Assembly (NCBI GenBank): GCA_005878485.1
Contig: VBMG01000046.1
Span: 18 to 64,017, forward strand
Direction: 5' to 3'
Length of the DNA: 64,000 bases
From: Methanobacteriota archaeon
GTDB lineage: Archaea; Thermoplasmatota; Thermoplasmata; RBG-16-68-12
Positions within the stretch are counted from its first letter, which is position 1. Each line of letters starts with the position of its first letter. This document shows, in pieces, positions 28,000-36,339 of the stretch. The notes beneath the pieces are model-generated. The model had not been told where the DNA came from, made no database searches, and saw nothing but the letters and a program-made list of their open reading frames with translations. A program made the position numbers and the translations under genes.

Positions 28000-29136
28000 G
28001 TGGCCGACGATTCCGGCTCCGCGGAAGGCGGGGAGCCCGCCGCGCCGACCCGCCCGGGCCTCGCGTTCAACCGCCAGAGCCTCGAGCGGTTCCTGATGAT
28101 CTTCCTGTTCCTGCTGGCCCTCTACGCCATCATCGACCAACAGGTCGGGACCTCGTTTGCGACGCTCGCGGGCTCCGTGCTCTACCCCGTCTTCGGGTTC
28201 GGCGGTACGCTGCCCGTCCTGACGATTCTGCTCCTGGGACTCGCGACCACGACGATCGGTTCCGTCCTCCGGGACCACTACACGAACTGGGTGAAGATGG
28301 CCCGGACGCAGCGGGTCATCCGAGCGTGGTCCCGCGAGCGGATGGAGGCCATGCGGAAGGGCCAGCAGACGAGGGTCCAGATGCTCATGGAAGCTCAGAA
28401 AGGGTTCGCGAAAGATCAGATGGAGATGATGACGAGCCCCTACAAGGCGACGGCCTGGACGATGTTCTTCTTCATCGTCATGATCGTCTGGTTACGCCTC
28501 TTCGTCGATACCGTCCTGCTGGACCACGGAAACCAGTGGATCACGGTCCCATGGTCCACCCACGTGTTCCTGCCCTTGGGCGTGGTCATCATGCCGGCCT
28601 GGCTTCTCCTGTACTCCCTCCTCGCGGTCCCCTTCGGGCAAATCGTCACCCGCATCCTACGATACATCTCATACGTCCTCGTATCTGCAGGCACGAAGTT
28701 CCGGGCGATGGCGAAGGAGCGCCGGATGAGCCTCGAGGCGTTCGGTCGCGCGGCGGAGAAGGATTCCATGCTTGACCGGGCGCTGGACGCGGCGATCCTC
28801 GCCGAGATTCGGAAGTACGACGCCGCGGGCGCGAACGTCGTCGTCGATGGACGGATTCAAGCGCATCTCCTGTCCAAGGAACGGGTGCCGTGCATCAAGG
28901 TCCTCATCGATGCGCCCCTCGACCTGCGCGCGGAGCGGATTTCCCGGCGGGAGAAGAAGAGCGTCGAGGAGGCGAGGCGGGAGATTGTCGCGCGCGAGAA
29001 ATCGGAGCGAATCCGATACCACGCGATTTACGGGATCGATGTTCGCGACACCGGGATTTTCGACCTCGTCATCGATTCCCGAAACCGAACGCCGGACGAG
29101 ATCGTGGCGATGATCGGCGCGCGGGTGGGGGGATGA
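28000..29136 (+). CDS. DUF106 (EMC3/TMCO1/Oxa1-like archaeal insertase homolog) fused in frame to a cytidylate kinase (archaeal Cmk) domain lacking the P-loop
   Basis: N-terminal ~215 aa: TM1, basic coiled-coil hairpin (KMARTQRVIRAWSRERMEAMRKG...), TM2 and TM3. C-terminal ~160 aa align to archaeal Cmk from VSAGxxFRxxAKExxMSLExFG onward, including the LID and GIDVRDTGIFDLVIDS. No GxxGxGK[ST] in this or the other two forward frames. Confidence 0.75.
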   Translation: MADDSGSAEGGEPAAPTRPGLAFNRQSLERFLMIFLFLLALYAIIDQQVGTSFATLAGSVLYPVFGFGGTLPVLTILLLGLATTTIGSVLRDHYTNWVKMARTQRVIRAWSRERMEAMRKGQQTRVQMLMEAQKGFAKDQMEMMTSPYKATAWTMFFFIVMIVWLRLFVDTVLLDHGNQWITVPWSTHVFLPLGVVIMPAWLLLYSLLAVPFGQIVTRILRYISYVLVSAGTKFRAMAKERRMSLEAFGRAAEKDSMLDRALDAAILAEIRKYDAAGANVVVDGRIQAHLLSKERVPCIKVLIDAPLDLRAERISRREKKSVEEARREIVAREKSERIRYHAIYGIDVRDTGIFDLVIDSRNRTPDEIVAMIGARVGG

Positions 29137-30089
29137 CCGACCTCGTCGTCCTCCACGAGGTGCCGGATTCGAAGCATGGGACGAGGCCTGAAGAGCGGTC
29201 GATCGGGGAACGGATCCGCCTCGGGGTCGCGATCGTCGACAAGCCCGCGGGGCCGACCTCCCATCAGGTGAGCGCCTGGGTCCGCGACATGTTCGGCGTC
29301 CCGAAGGCGGGCCACTCGGGGACCCTCGATCCCCGCGTGACCGGGGTCCTTCCCGTCGCGCTGGCGGACGCGACCCGCGCCGTCGAAGCCGTCCTGGCGG
29401 GAGACAAGGAGTACGTTGGCGTAATGCAGCTCCACCAGGACGTCGAGGAGCGACGCGTGCGTTCAATGATGGCACGGTTCGTCGGGGCGATTTACCAGAT
29501 TCCACCGGTTCGTTCAGCCGTGAAGCGCGAGCAGCGCACGCGGATCGTGTACGAGCTCGAGCCGATCGAGGTCGAAGGGCGAAACATCCTGTTTCGCGTC
29601 CGATGTGAATCCGGGACCTATGTGCGGACGCTCGCCGCGGACATCGGTGACGCGCTCGGCGTGGGCGGGAACCTGGTCGACCTCCGTCGAACGCGCACGG
29701 CGACTTTCGGAGAGGCGGATGCGCATCCGCTCAATGCGTTCCGCGACGCGATTGCCTACTGGAAGGAAGACGGGGACGAAACCCCGATTCGGGCGCTTCT
29801 CCGGCCGATCGAAGACCTCCTTCTTCATCTGCCGCGGATGGTCGTCAAAGACACCGCGGTCGATGCGATCTGTCACGGGGCGAACCTCATGGTCCCCGGG
29901 GTTGCGCAGCTCTCCGCTCACATTCGGTCCGGCGACCTCGTTGGCGTCTTCACGGGAAAAGGCGAGGCCGTGGCGCTCGCGAAGGCCCTCATGACGACGG
30001 ACGGGATCGTCGTCGCGAAATCCGGTGCCGCGGCGGACACGGCCCGCGTCCTCATGAATCCGGGCACGTATCCGAAGCTCTGGAAGTGA
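29133..30089 (+). CDS. cbf5: tRNA/rRNA pseudouridine synthase Cbf5 (TruB family, with PUA domain)
   Basis: TruB catalytic motif GHSGTLDPRVTGVLPVAL; C-terminal PUA. ATGA overlap with the upstream gene. Confidence 0.9.
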   Translation: MTDLVVLHEVPDSKHGTRPEERSIGERIRLGVAIVDKPAGPTSHQVSAWVRDMFGVPKAGHSGTLDPRVTGVLPVALADATRAVEAVLAGDKEYVGVMQLHQDVEERRVRSMMARFVGAIYQIPPVRSAVKREQRTRIVYELEPIEVEGRNILFRVRCESGTYVRTLAADIGDALGVGGNLVDLRRTRTATFGEADAHPLNAFRDAIAYWKEDGDETPIRALLRPIEDLLLHLPRMVVKDTAVDAICHGANLMVPGVAQLSAHIRSGDLVGVFTGKGEAVALAKALMTTDGIVVAKSGAAADTARVLMNPGTYPKLWK

Positions 30090-30093
30090 TCGA

Positions 30094-31254
30094 ATGGGCG
30101 TGGACCCCTGGGGGTTCGACGAGGAGCGACAGGCCGTCGCGCGCCGCCTCCGGTCGAGGCGGTTGCGGTTGGGCGCGGTCCGCACCGCGAGCTTCGGTGT
30201 GATCGCGGGCATCCTCGTGTTCGGCGGGGCGGCCGCATGCCGGGACCTCGTCCTGTCGCTCGGTTGGCCCGGATGGATGTCCGTCGTGACCTTCCTCGCG
30301 GTGCTGTTCGGCGTCTTCGCCGCGGCGGAGGTCCCCTTCAGTTATGTCGGCGGATTCCGGTGGGAGCATGCGATCGGCCTCTCGACGCAGACGTTCGCGG
30401 GATGGATGAAAGATCTCGGGAAGTCGTTGGCCCTCGGCCTCGGGTCGACGATCGTCGTCGGCGGCGTGCTCCTTTGGCTCCTCGCGACCACGCCTTGGTG
30501 GTGGCTCGTCGGATGGGTCCTTGGCACCGCGGTCTCCGCGGTTCTCGGGTTCCTCGCGCCGATCGTGTTCGTCCCGCTCTTCTTCCGATTCCGTCCGCTC
30601 CAAGATGAGCGCCTGCGGACGCGCTTCGTGACTCTCGCCGCTCGCGCCCGCGTGCCGGTGCTTGGTGTGTTCGAACTGCAAGCGTCCTCGAAGACGCGGA
30701 GATCGAATGCCGCGGTGATGGGATTCGGCCGAACGCGGAGGATCATCGTGACCGACACGTTGTTGCGCGACTTCCCCATCGACGAGGTGGACTCGGTCCT
30801 CGCTCACGAACTCGCGCATCAGAGATACCTCGATCCGATTCGGGGGTTCCTCGTTGGCTCCCTCACCTCGCTCGTCATCGTCGCGCCCACCGCGTGGCTG
30901 TACGCCATTTCGCATGCCTCCTTCGGGATTGCGGCGATCGCGGACATGGCGGGACTGCCGCTTGTTGCCGTGCTCTTCAGTCTCGCGGCCCTCCCGTTTC
31001 GTCCGGTGGAGTTATGGTGGTCCCGGATCCGGGAGGCCCGGGCGGATCGATTCTCCCTCGAGCTGACACGAAATCCGAATGCCTTCGCGGCGGCGATGGT
31101 CCGTCTCCACGACCGCAACCTCGGCGTGGCGATCCCGAGCCGTTGGGAGAAGTGGCTGTTTTATAGCCATCCGTCCGGACGTGAACGCGTCGACTCCGCA
31201 CGCTCGTTCGCTGCTTCGCAAGCCGCGGGACCGCAGGAAGTCGGAGGGATCTGA
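30094..31254 (+). CDS. M48 family zinc metalloprotease (HtpX/Ste24-like), multi-TM
   Basis: HELAHQ zinc motif. Four or more TM helices in the N-terminal half. Confidence 0.8.
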   Translation: MGVDPWGFDEERQAVARRLRSRRLRLGAVRTASFGVIAGILVFGGAAACRDLVLSLGWPGWMSVVTFLAVLFGVFAAAEVPFSYVGGFRWEHAIGLSTQTFAGWMKDLGKSLALGLGSTIVVGGVLLWLLATTPWWWLVGWVLGTAVSAVLGFLAPIVFVPLFFRFRPLQDERLRTRFVTLAARARVPVLGVFELQASSKTRRSNAAVMGFGRTRRIIVTDTLLRDFPIDEVDSVLAHELAHQRYLDPIRGFLVGSLTSLVIVAPTAWLYAISHASFGIAAIADMAGLPLVAVLFSLAALPFRPVELWWSRIREARADRFSLELTRNPNAFAAAMVRLHDRNLGVAIPSRWEKWLFYSHPSGRERVDSARSFAASQAAGPQEVGGI

Positions 31255-31351
31255 AAAGCCACATGCCACTCCCGTCAGAAGATGCGGATCCTCGAATCCG
31301 AGCGGACCTGAGAACCTTTAAGACGCCTGAGCCAATCGTGCGAGCGCTGGG

Positions 31352-31470
31352 TGCCGAGGTCGCCTAGTCCGGTAGGGCGCCAGCCTGGAGAGCTGGTGGG
31401 CGTCAGCCCTCGGGAGTTCAAATGGCTCCCGCCGCTCTAATGACGGCTGCCTGAAAGTCTCCCCCTCGGC
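31352..31470 (+). tRNA. tRNA-Ser (GGA) with a ~35-nt intron at the T-loop/T-stem junction (near 59/60); predicted mature length 84 nt
   Basis: GCCGAGG/CCUCGGC acceptor, G73. D arm GCCU-AGUCCGGUA-GGGC. Anticodon stem CCAGC/GCUGG, loop CUGGAGA. Long variable arm UGGGCGUCAGCCCU. T stem GGGAG + UUCAAAU, then a 33-35 nt insertion before CUCCC. Confidence 0.6.
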
Positions 31471-31472
31471 GT

Positions 31473-32525
31473 TCAGCTCTTTCGACGCGCCGCGGCGAGT
31501 TTTGCCTTCAGGGTTTCAATCGGTTTCAGCGGCAACGGATCCACGCCGCGCAGGGCCGCGAGGTAGAGGCTGACGTAGTCTCCCAGATACAGTGTGCCGA
31601 GCATTCGACTCAGGAGGGACGGGCCATCGTCGTGGACTTCCTCGACCTTCGTCCGCTTCGACATCAAGGATGTCGTGATGTCGAGTTGCCGTTTCAACTC
31701 GGGTGGCTCGTCGGCATCTCGGAGAATGATTGGACGATACGACCGAGCACGCGGGTCCTCGACCCAGCCGACGAGCTCGTTATGGTCCGCCTCCGGAAAG
31801 GTCGAGGAGAAGGCGAGCACCTTCGCGTTCTCGTTCAGCTGCGTCTGCCATCGCCTCGCGACTGCGGTGAAGGGAGGCGCCGCATAGAGGATCGGGACCG
31901 TGGTCTTGAGGCGGAGCGCGAGGGCTTTCGCCCGGTTCAAGCGAACGCCGCTCTCCGGACGGAGGCGCGTCCGCAATTCGTTCAAGTGGGCGACGGCTTG
32001 TTCCACGTCACCTCGCAAGTCTCCGTACGTCCATCCGCTTCCGATCGTCGACAGGATTCCGAAGAGGTGGCCGAACGCGCCCCGCGGTGGCAACCCCGCG
32101 GGCACCTCGAAGACGGGCCACCCGCCTCCGCGTGCGAGATCTCCAAGACGGCCGCCGGAGGTGATCGCGATGACCCGGCACCCCAGTTTGATGCCTTCGG
32201 CCGTGGCCCCGAGCGTCTCTTCCGTGTTGCCGGAGTAGGACACGGCGACGAGGAGGTCTTCCGGACGGGCGTACGACGGAAGACGGTAGTCCCGGACGAC
32301 CTGGATGGGCACTTTGCAACGGTCCGCCACCCAAGCGGCGAAGACATCCCCCGCAATCGCGGAGCCGCCCATCCCGATCAGGAAGACGCGTTGGGCCTCG
32401 GCGATTGGCGCCCGGGCCTTGCCCTCGGCCCAGATCGCCGCCGCGGAAATCTGGTCCGGAAGGGACGCGATGATGTCTCGCATCCCTCCCGGGTCGACCC
32501 GTGCGACGGCCCGCGCGTCGAGCAT
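31473..32525 (-). CDS. bifunctional phosphoglucose/phosphomannose isomerase (SIS domain, archaeal PGI/PMI family)
   Basis: SIS motifs (VFLIGMGGSAIAGDV, AVSYSGNTEETL). Start at MLDARAVARVD; the ORF extends 52 codons further upstream but that N-terminus looks non-native. Confidence 0.75.
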   Translation of the reverse strand: MLDARAVARVDPGGMRDIIASLPDQISAAAIWAEGKARAPIAEAQRVFLIGMGGSAIAGDVFAAWVADRCKVPIQVVRDYRLPSYARPEDLLVAVSYSGNTEETLGATAEGIKLGCRVIAITSGGRLGDLARGGGWPVFEVPAGLPPRGAFGHLFGILSTIGSGWTYGDLRGDVEQAVAHLNELRTRLRPESGVRLNRAKALALRLKTTVPILYAAPPFTAVARRWQTQLNENAKVLAFSSTFPEADHNELVGWVEDPRARSYRPIILRDADEPPELKRQLDITTSLMSKRTKVEEVHDDGPSLLSRMLGTLYLGDYVSLYLAALRGVDPLPLKPIETLKAKLAAARRKS

Positions 32526-32604
32526 CCCGGGCGGCATGGGACCCGCCGAAATAAGGACTCCGTCCTCCGAGGTGGGAACCAAAAAGTTGGTTCTTACAAT
32601 AATC

Positions 32605-33330
32605 TTGATATATTCCGCCGAGCTGCAAACGGCCGTGGATTTCCAACGGGCCATCGAGGCGCTGCGGACTGGCGCGTTCATCCTGGTCTATGACGGCGAT
32701 GGCCGGGAGGCGGAAACGGACCTCACGATCGCGAGCGAATTCGTATCGCCCGCTTCGATCCGAACCCTGCGCAAAGAGGCTGGCGGACTCATCTGCATGA
32801 CCCTGTCCGGCGAAGTCCGGGCGCGCATCGGCCTGCCGTTCATGGCCGACGTCCTTCGGCGGGCGACCCCCACGTATCCCGTCCTCGGTGCCATCTCGAC
32901 GGAGGACATGAAATATGACCGACACAGCGCCTTCTCGATTTCCGTGAACCACCGCGAGACGTTCACCGGCGTGACGGACATCGATCGCGCGAAGACGATT
33001 TCCCGTCTGGCCGCCATCGCGAAGGAGGCCACGAAGCGGGAGAACGGCTGGGCCGCGGACGTCTTCGCGAACGAGTTTCGTTCTCCTGGCCACGTGCCGC
33101 TCCTGAACGCCGCAGGACCGCTCCTCGCCGAACGACGCGGTCACACGGAGCTCACGACGGCGCTCATGATCATGGCCGGCCTCGCGCCGACCGCGACGAT
33201 TTGCGAGATGATGGCGGACGACGGACACGCCGTCTCGAAGGAAGATGCAAAGGCATATGCTCGGGCGAGGAATCTCGTCTTCCTGGAAGGGCAGGACATC
33301 GTCCGAGCGTGGCGTTCGTGGTCCGCGTAA
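32605..33330 (+). CDS. ribB: 3,4-dihydroxy-2-butanone 4-phosphate synthase
   Basis: AIEALRTGAFILVYDGDGREAETDLTIASE, FRSPGHVPLL, HTELTTALM motifs. TTG start chosen by alignment to the archaeal RibB N-terminus; the start is uncertain. Confidence 0.85.
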   Translation: MIYSAELQTAVDFQRAIEALRTGAFILVYDGDGREAETDLTIASEFVSPASIRTLRKEAGGLICMTLSGEVRARIGLPFMADVLRRATPTYPVLGAISTEDMKYDRHSAFSISVNHRETFTGVTDIDRAKTISRLAAIAKEATKRENGWAADVFANEFRSPGHVPLLNAAGPLLAERRGHTELTTALMIMAGLAPTATICEMMADDGHAVSKEDAKAYARARNLVFLEGQDIVRAWRSWSA

Positions 33331-33824
33331 TGGCGACGGGGGTCTTCGATCTCCTCCATCCCGGTCATGTGTATTTCCTCCGCGAGGCGCGGAAGCTCGG
33401 CGACGAGCTATGGGTCGTCGTCGCGCGCGACAGCACCGCGCGGAAGTTCAAGCACGAGCCAATCATGCCGGAGTCCGCCCGGTTCCAGATGGTCGAGGCG
33501 CTCAAGCCCGTCGACCGCGCCGTCCTCGGCCACGAAGGCAACATCTACGACATCCTCGAGGAGATCCGCCCGGATGTCATCGCGATCGGGTACGATCAGG
33601 TCCACAACGAGGAGCGGATCCTGGAGGAATGCCGAAAGCGGGGCCTCGCCACGAAGGTCGTCCGGCTCCCGCGGTTCGAAGGTGACCTGGTCGGCACCCG
33701 CAAAATCGTGAGGAAGGTGGCCGAATGGCTCGCGCTCCAAGAGCGGCTCAGCGAGGTCGAACGCGCAAAGCCTCGCGGGGCCGCGGATCAACCTCCGTCT
33801 CGCCGACGAAAGCGAAACACCTGA
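33330..33824 (+). CDS. ribL: FAD synthetase (archaeal FMN adenylyltransferase RibL, nucleotidyltransferase HxGH family)
   Basis: TGVFDLLHPGHVYFLREARKLGDELWVVVARD. TAATG overlap with ribB. C-terminal ~25 aa are a low-complexity basic tail. Confidence 0.8.
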   Translation: MATGVFDLLHPGHVYFLREARKLGDELWVVVARDSTARKFKHEPIMPESARFQMVEALKPVDRAVLGHEGNIYDILEEIRPDVIAIGYDQVHNEERILEECRKRGLATKVVRLPRFEGDLVGTRKIVRKVAEWLALQERLSEVERAKPRGAADQPPSRRRKRNT

Positions 33825-34294
33825 AGCGGATCGGGATCGTCGACACGTCCTTCGCCCGTTACGACATGGCATCCGCCACAATTGACGAGTTGCGGAAACA
33901 GGGCGGGGGCTTCACGGTCGAGCGGTACACGGTCCCCGGGATCAAGGATCTCGCCGCGGGCGCCAGGATCCTGTTCGACCGCGGGTGCGAGCTCGTGCTC
34001 GCGCTCGGTATGGTCGGACGGCAGCCGGTCGACAAGGACTGCGCCCTCGCCGCGGACTTCGGTCTCCAAGCGGTGCAGGCCGCGGTCGGGCGGCACATTC
34101 TCGGCGTCATGGTCCATGAGGAGGAGGCGGGGGACGAGATCGAGCTCGCGGGGTTGTTCGACCGGCGGACGCGGGAGCATGCGGTGAACGCGTACGACCT
34201 CCTCTTCCGGCCCGAGGCGATTCGCGCGAGGGCCGGGACCGGTCAGCGGGAGGGATTCGCGGATGCGGGACCCCTCAAGGTGAAGCGGTCATGA
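33725..34294 (+). CDS. ribC: archaeal-type riboflavin synthase (RibC); start codon uncertain
   Basis: IGIVDTSFARYDMASATIDELRK...VPGIKDL...LGMVGRQPVDKDCA matches the archaeal pentameric RibC. The conserved core begins about 33830, but the first in-frame ATG/GTG/TTG is at 33725, overlapping ribL by 100 nt. Confidence 0.7.
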   Translation: MARAPRAAQRGRTRKASRGRGSTSVSPTKAKHLKRIGIVDTSFARYDMASATIDELRKQGGGFTVERYTVPGIKDLAAGARILFDRGCELVLALGMVGRQPVDKDCALAADFGLQAVQAAVGRHILGVMVHEEEAGDEIELAGLFDRRTREHAVNAYDLLFRPEAIRARAGTGQREGFADAGPLKVKRS

Positions 34295-34698
34295 GGCTCG
34301 CGATCGTCGCGGCGGAGTTCAACCGCGAGGTGACGGACGTCATGGTCGAGCGAGCGCTCGCGCGGGCCAAGGAACGAGGGATTCGCGTCACGTCCGTCGT
34401 CCGCGTGCCCGGAACGTTCGAAATCCCCCTCGCGGTACGGAGACTCCTCGAACGCGCCGACGTCGATGCGGCCGTCGCGATCGGCGCAGTGATCAAGGGC
34501 GAGACGTTGCACGACGAGGCGCTCATGGCCGCCGTCCCGAAGGCGCTCCTCGACGTGCAACGGGACACGCGGAAACCGGTGGGCCTCGGAATCACAGGCC
34601 CCGGGATGACGGACGAGCAAGCGATGGCCCGCGTGGACAAAGGTGCGGAGGCCGTCGACGTCGCCTTGGCAATGCACGAGCTGCTGCGCGGATTGTGA
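34291..34698 (+). CDS. ribH: 6,7-dimethyl-8-ribityllumazine synthase
   Basis: RLAIVAAEFNREVTDVMVERA...VPGTFEIPLA. ATGA overlap with ribC. Confidence 0.9.
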   Translation: MRLAIVAAEFNREVTDVMVERALARAKERGIRVTSVVRVPGTFEIPLAVRRLLERADVDAAVAIGAVIKGETLHDEALMAAVPKALLDVQRDTRKPVGLGITGPGMTDEQAMARVDKGAEAVDVALAMHELLRGL

Positions 34699-34777
34699 AC
34701 GGTTTTCCCCCTGAGATTCACGTCGTAAAGGTTTAATCCCGCGGCCGGTCCATGTGGGCCGGTTCGGAGCCCACGCG

Positions 34778-35137
34778 ATGGTCGACACGACCGGTCTCGA
34801 GACCCTGCTTCGCGAGATCGAGCAAAACGAGGGCGTCCAAGAAGCGATGCTCGTCTCGCTCGCGGGGACGTACCTCGCGGGCAGCTTCCCGCGCGGTGTG
34901 CACGTGGACACCTTCGGATCCATGTTCGCGGTCCTCATCGGGTCGGCGGAGACCGTGACGGCCGAGGCGAGAGATTCGCTGGAGTCGGTCGTGATCCACT
35001 GCAAGTCGAACAAGTACCTCATCATCCACGGAGGCCGGAAGGCCCTGATCGTGTTGCGACTCCCGACGACCGCGGACCCGCTGAAGATGAAGCTCGCCGT
35101 CGAGAAGTACATCCCGCGGATTGAGGAACACCTGTGA
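34778..35137 (+). CDS. Roadblock/LC7 (MglB-like) domain protein
   Basis: Roadblock pattern GVQEAMLVSLAGTYLAGSF...DTFGSMFAVLIGSAE...KYLIIHGGRKALIVLRLP. TATA-like ggtttaatc about 45 nt upstream; start set at the ATG after the predicted TSS. Confidence 0.8.
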   Translation: MVDTTGLETLLREIEQNEGVQEAMLVSLAGTYLAGSFPRGVHVDTFGSMFAVLIGSAETVTAEARDSLESVVIHCKSNKYLIIHGGRKALIVLRLPTTADPLKMKLAVEKYIPRIEEHL

Positions 35138-35138
35138 G

Positions 35139-35801
35139 CTAGATCCTTCGCATCCCGCGGAGGAACCATTGGCCCACGCATTTCGTGACGTACCGGACCG
35201 TCGCGGACGCCCCGCGATCGATCCCATGAGCCGCGGTCCGCCCCTGACCAAGCACTTGGAGGACGTCGTCCAGGCGGAGGGCCCCCGAGTCGATCGCGGT
35301 CGTGGCCCTCGCGACCTCGTCCAGGAAGTGGCTGTCGCTCCCTCCCGTCTCGCCGACCTTCCGCTCGCGGGCCAGGGCCCGGGCTCGTACGTTGCCGCGT
35401 CGCAGGGTGCGGCCGTTGCACGTCTCATACGCGGGGAAGGATGCCTGTCTCACGGCGGCGGGACCGAGTCCGGACCAAAATCGGAACGGGTGGGCCGCGA
35501 CGGGGACGCCGCCGAGCGCCACGATCCGTTCGGCGGTCTCCGCAACGGAACGGTCCCGCGGGACGAGATCGCGGACTCCGTACCCGAGGACGTGGCCGGC
35601 CTCCGTCGAGACTTCGATCGCGGGGATCACGAGGAAGCTGCCGCTCGCCGCCACCTCCGCCGCCCGGATTCCACCGACCGCGTTGTGGTCCGTGATCGCG
35701 ATCCCCGCGAGGCCCATCCGCTGGGCGACCGCGACGAGTTGGCCGGGGGCGACCCGGGAGTCCGGCGAGTACTGCGTGTGATTGTGAAGATCCAGGAGCA
35801 T
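35139..35801 (-). CDS. PHP-domain metal-dependent phosphoesterase
   Basis: MLLDLHNHTQYSPDS...IAITDHN...GGSDSH PHP motifs. Confidence 0.8.
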   Translation of the reverse strand: MLLDLHNHTQYSPDSRVAPGQLVAVAQRMGLAGIAITDHNAVGGIRAAEVAASGSFLVIPAIEVSTEAGHVLGYGVRDLVPRDRSVAETAERIVALGGVPVAAHPFRFWSGLGPAAVRQASFPAYETCNGRTLRRGNVRARALARERKVGETGGSDSHFLDEVARATTAIDSGALRLDDVLQVLGQGRTAAHGIDRGASATVRYVTKCVGQWFLRGMRRI

Positions 35802-35893
35802 CGAGGAGGGCGCACAAGCAAGCCGGTTCGCTTAAGGCTTGCGCGCGGGGATTCCCGCGGAGTTTTTATCGACTGCCGCCCGTATGCGGAACC

Positions 35894-36334
35894 GTGTCAG
35901 TCGAGGCCCGGTTCGGCCTGCTGCACGACCGTGTGTTTGCGGACGGGACCGAGTACGAGGTCCGTCGCGGCCGGCACGGGTTCCATCTGATTGTCGATCC
36001 GGACGGCGCCGCGGGCCGGGTCCACTACGACGGATGGCGGGACCGACTTTCGATCGACTCCCCTCACGGGTCGCTCGAGATCCGATTCCGATGGCGCCAC
36101 ACGACGTTCCCATGGCGAGGACGAGTCTACCGGGTCGGCTCGACTCTCGGGAGTCGGGTCCGGGTCTTCGAAGGCGACCGACGCGTCTTGGAAGGCAAGG
36201 AAACCTGGAGCGGCATCCGGTTCGATGTGATATCTCCCGAATTCCGAGACATCGCGCGGGAGCTCGCGGTGGGATTCGGCCTTCGGACCCAAGCGTTCGC
36301 AACCGCGATCATCTTGGCGGCCGGAGCGCACTGA
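35894..36334 (+). CDS. hypothetical protein (146 aa)
   Basis: Only non-Arg-rich frame in the 540-bp gap between the PHP gene and metG; GTG start. Composition is protein-like but no recognisable family. Confidence 0.35.
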   Translation: MSVEARFGLLHDRVFADGTEYEVRRGRHGFHLIVDPDGAAGRVHYDGWRDRLSIDSPHGSLEIRFRWRHTTFPWRGRVYRVGSTLGSRVRVFEGDRRVLEGKETWSGIRFDVISPEFRDIARELAVGFGLRTQAFATAIILAAGAH

Positions 36335-36339
36335 ACGCG

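Noticed and set aside
28326-29113. Alternative-frame ORFs (28326-28775, 28772-29113) checked for a displaced Cmk P-loop
   Set aside because: Neither encodes GxxGxGK[ST] or any kinase-like sequence. The P-loop is absent; it is not frameshifted.
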